Origin: Mytilus californianus
Taxonomy: Eukaryota
Direction of reading: 5' to 3'
NCBI RefSeq assembly: GCF_021869535.1
Contig: NW_026262701.1
Coordinates: forward strand, 48,918,001 to 48,982,000
Length of the DNA: 64,000 nucleotides
Under the pieces are notes generated by a model. It worked only from the letters and a program-made list of their open reading frames with translations. It had not been told where the DNA came from and made no database searches. Of this stretch, positions 63,636-64,000 are shown piece by piece. Each line of letters opens with the position of its first letter. The first letter of the stretch is position 1. The position numbers and the translations under genes were made by a program.

Positions 63636-64000
63636 GTAAGTATATTTATACGTATGATAAGACACACCGACACTGTTACATTTTCGCAACACAGCTGTAG
63701 TAGAAAAATAACAAAATAGAGAAATCACAGTTGAGACAAAAAGTGTGTGAAAATAAATTTTAAAATTTTCAATATAGAACCGAAATTTAGGGAAACAGTG
63801 TGATTCTATATTATAATATCAATTAGGGTAATATATGGTAGCAACAAATACGTGCATAATTTACAGTGTATTTTATATCAAATTCTTTAAGTTCGGAAAT
63901 ATACCAAACAAAACATGGTAACGTCACCCAGGATTGTTTTCACACTACTTTGTCAAATGTATATGGATTAAATAAAGGGAAAGCTCATTATGTGACAACA

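Overview
AT-rich, repeat-dense eukaryotic DNA with GT-AG introns. The repeat families and lectin genes suggest a bivalve, probably a Mytilus-like mussel; this is an inference. Two gene systems are visible. (1) A Cdc25 (M-phase inducer phosphatase) amplicon at ~11-32.5 kb. The whole Cdc25-homologous coding sequence lies in one exon, as in a retrogene, behind a 13-nt coding micro-exon and a TATA+Inr promoter. An older head-to-head inverted duplication (~21.8-32.5 kb palindrome) holds one intact copy (+, 30403-32357, 320 aa, HCEFSSERGP intact) and one frameshifted copy (-). Most of this palindrome was more recently duplicated in tandem (11.2-20.7 kb), giving a third copy with an in-frame deletion of the catalytic core. 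Both ends of that younger duplicate carry inverted, apparently templated sequence. The catalytic cores of the two palindrome arms look homogenised by gene conversion. (2) Two tandem secreted C-type lectin paralogs: one frameshifted (43173-52370) and one intact as far as the window runs (62423-end). The rest is decayed LINE, Penelope-like and hAT elements, SINEs, MITE/foldback elements and satellites. No rRNA, true tRNA or CRISPR array was seen. All alignments, identities and counts were done by eye and are approximate.
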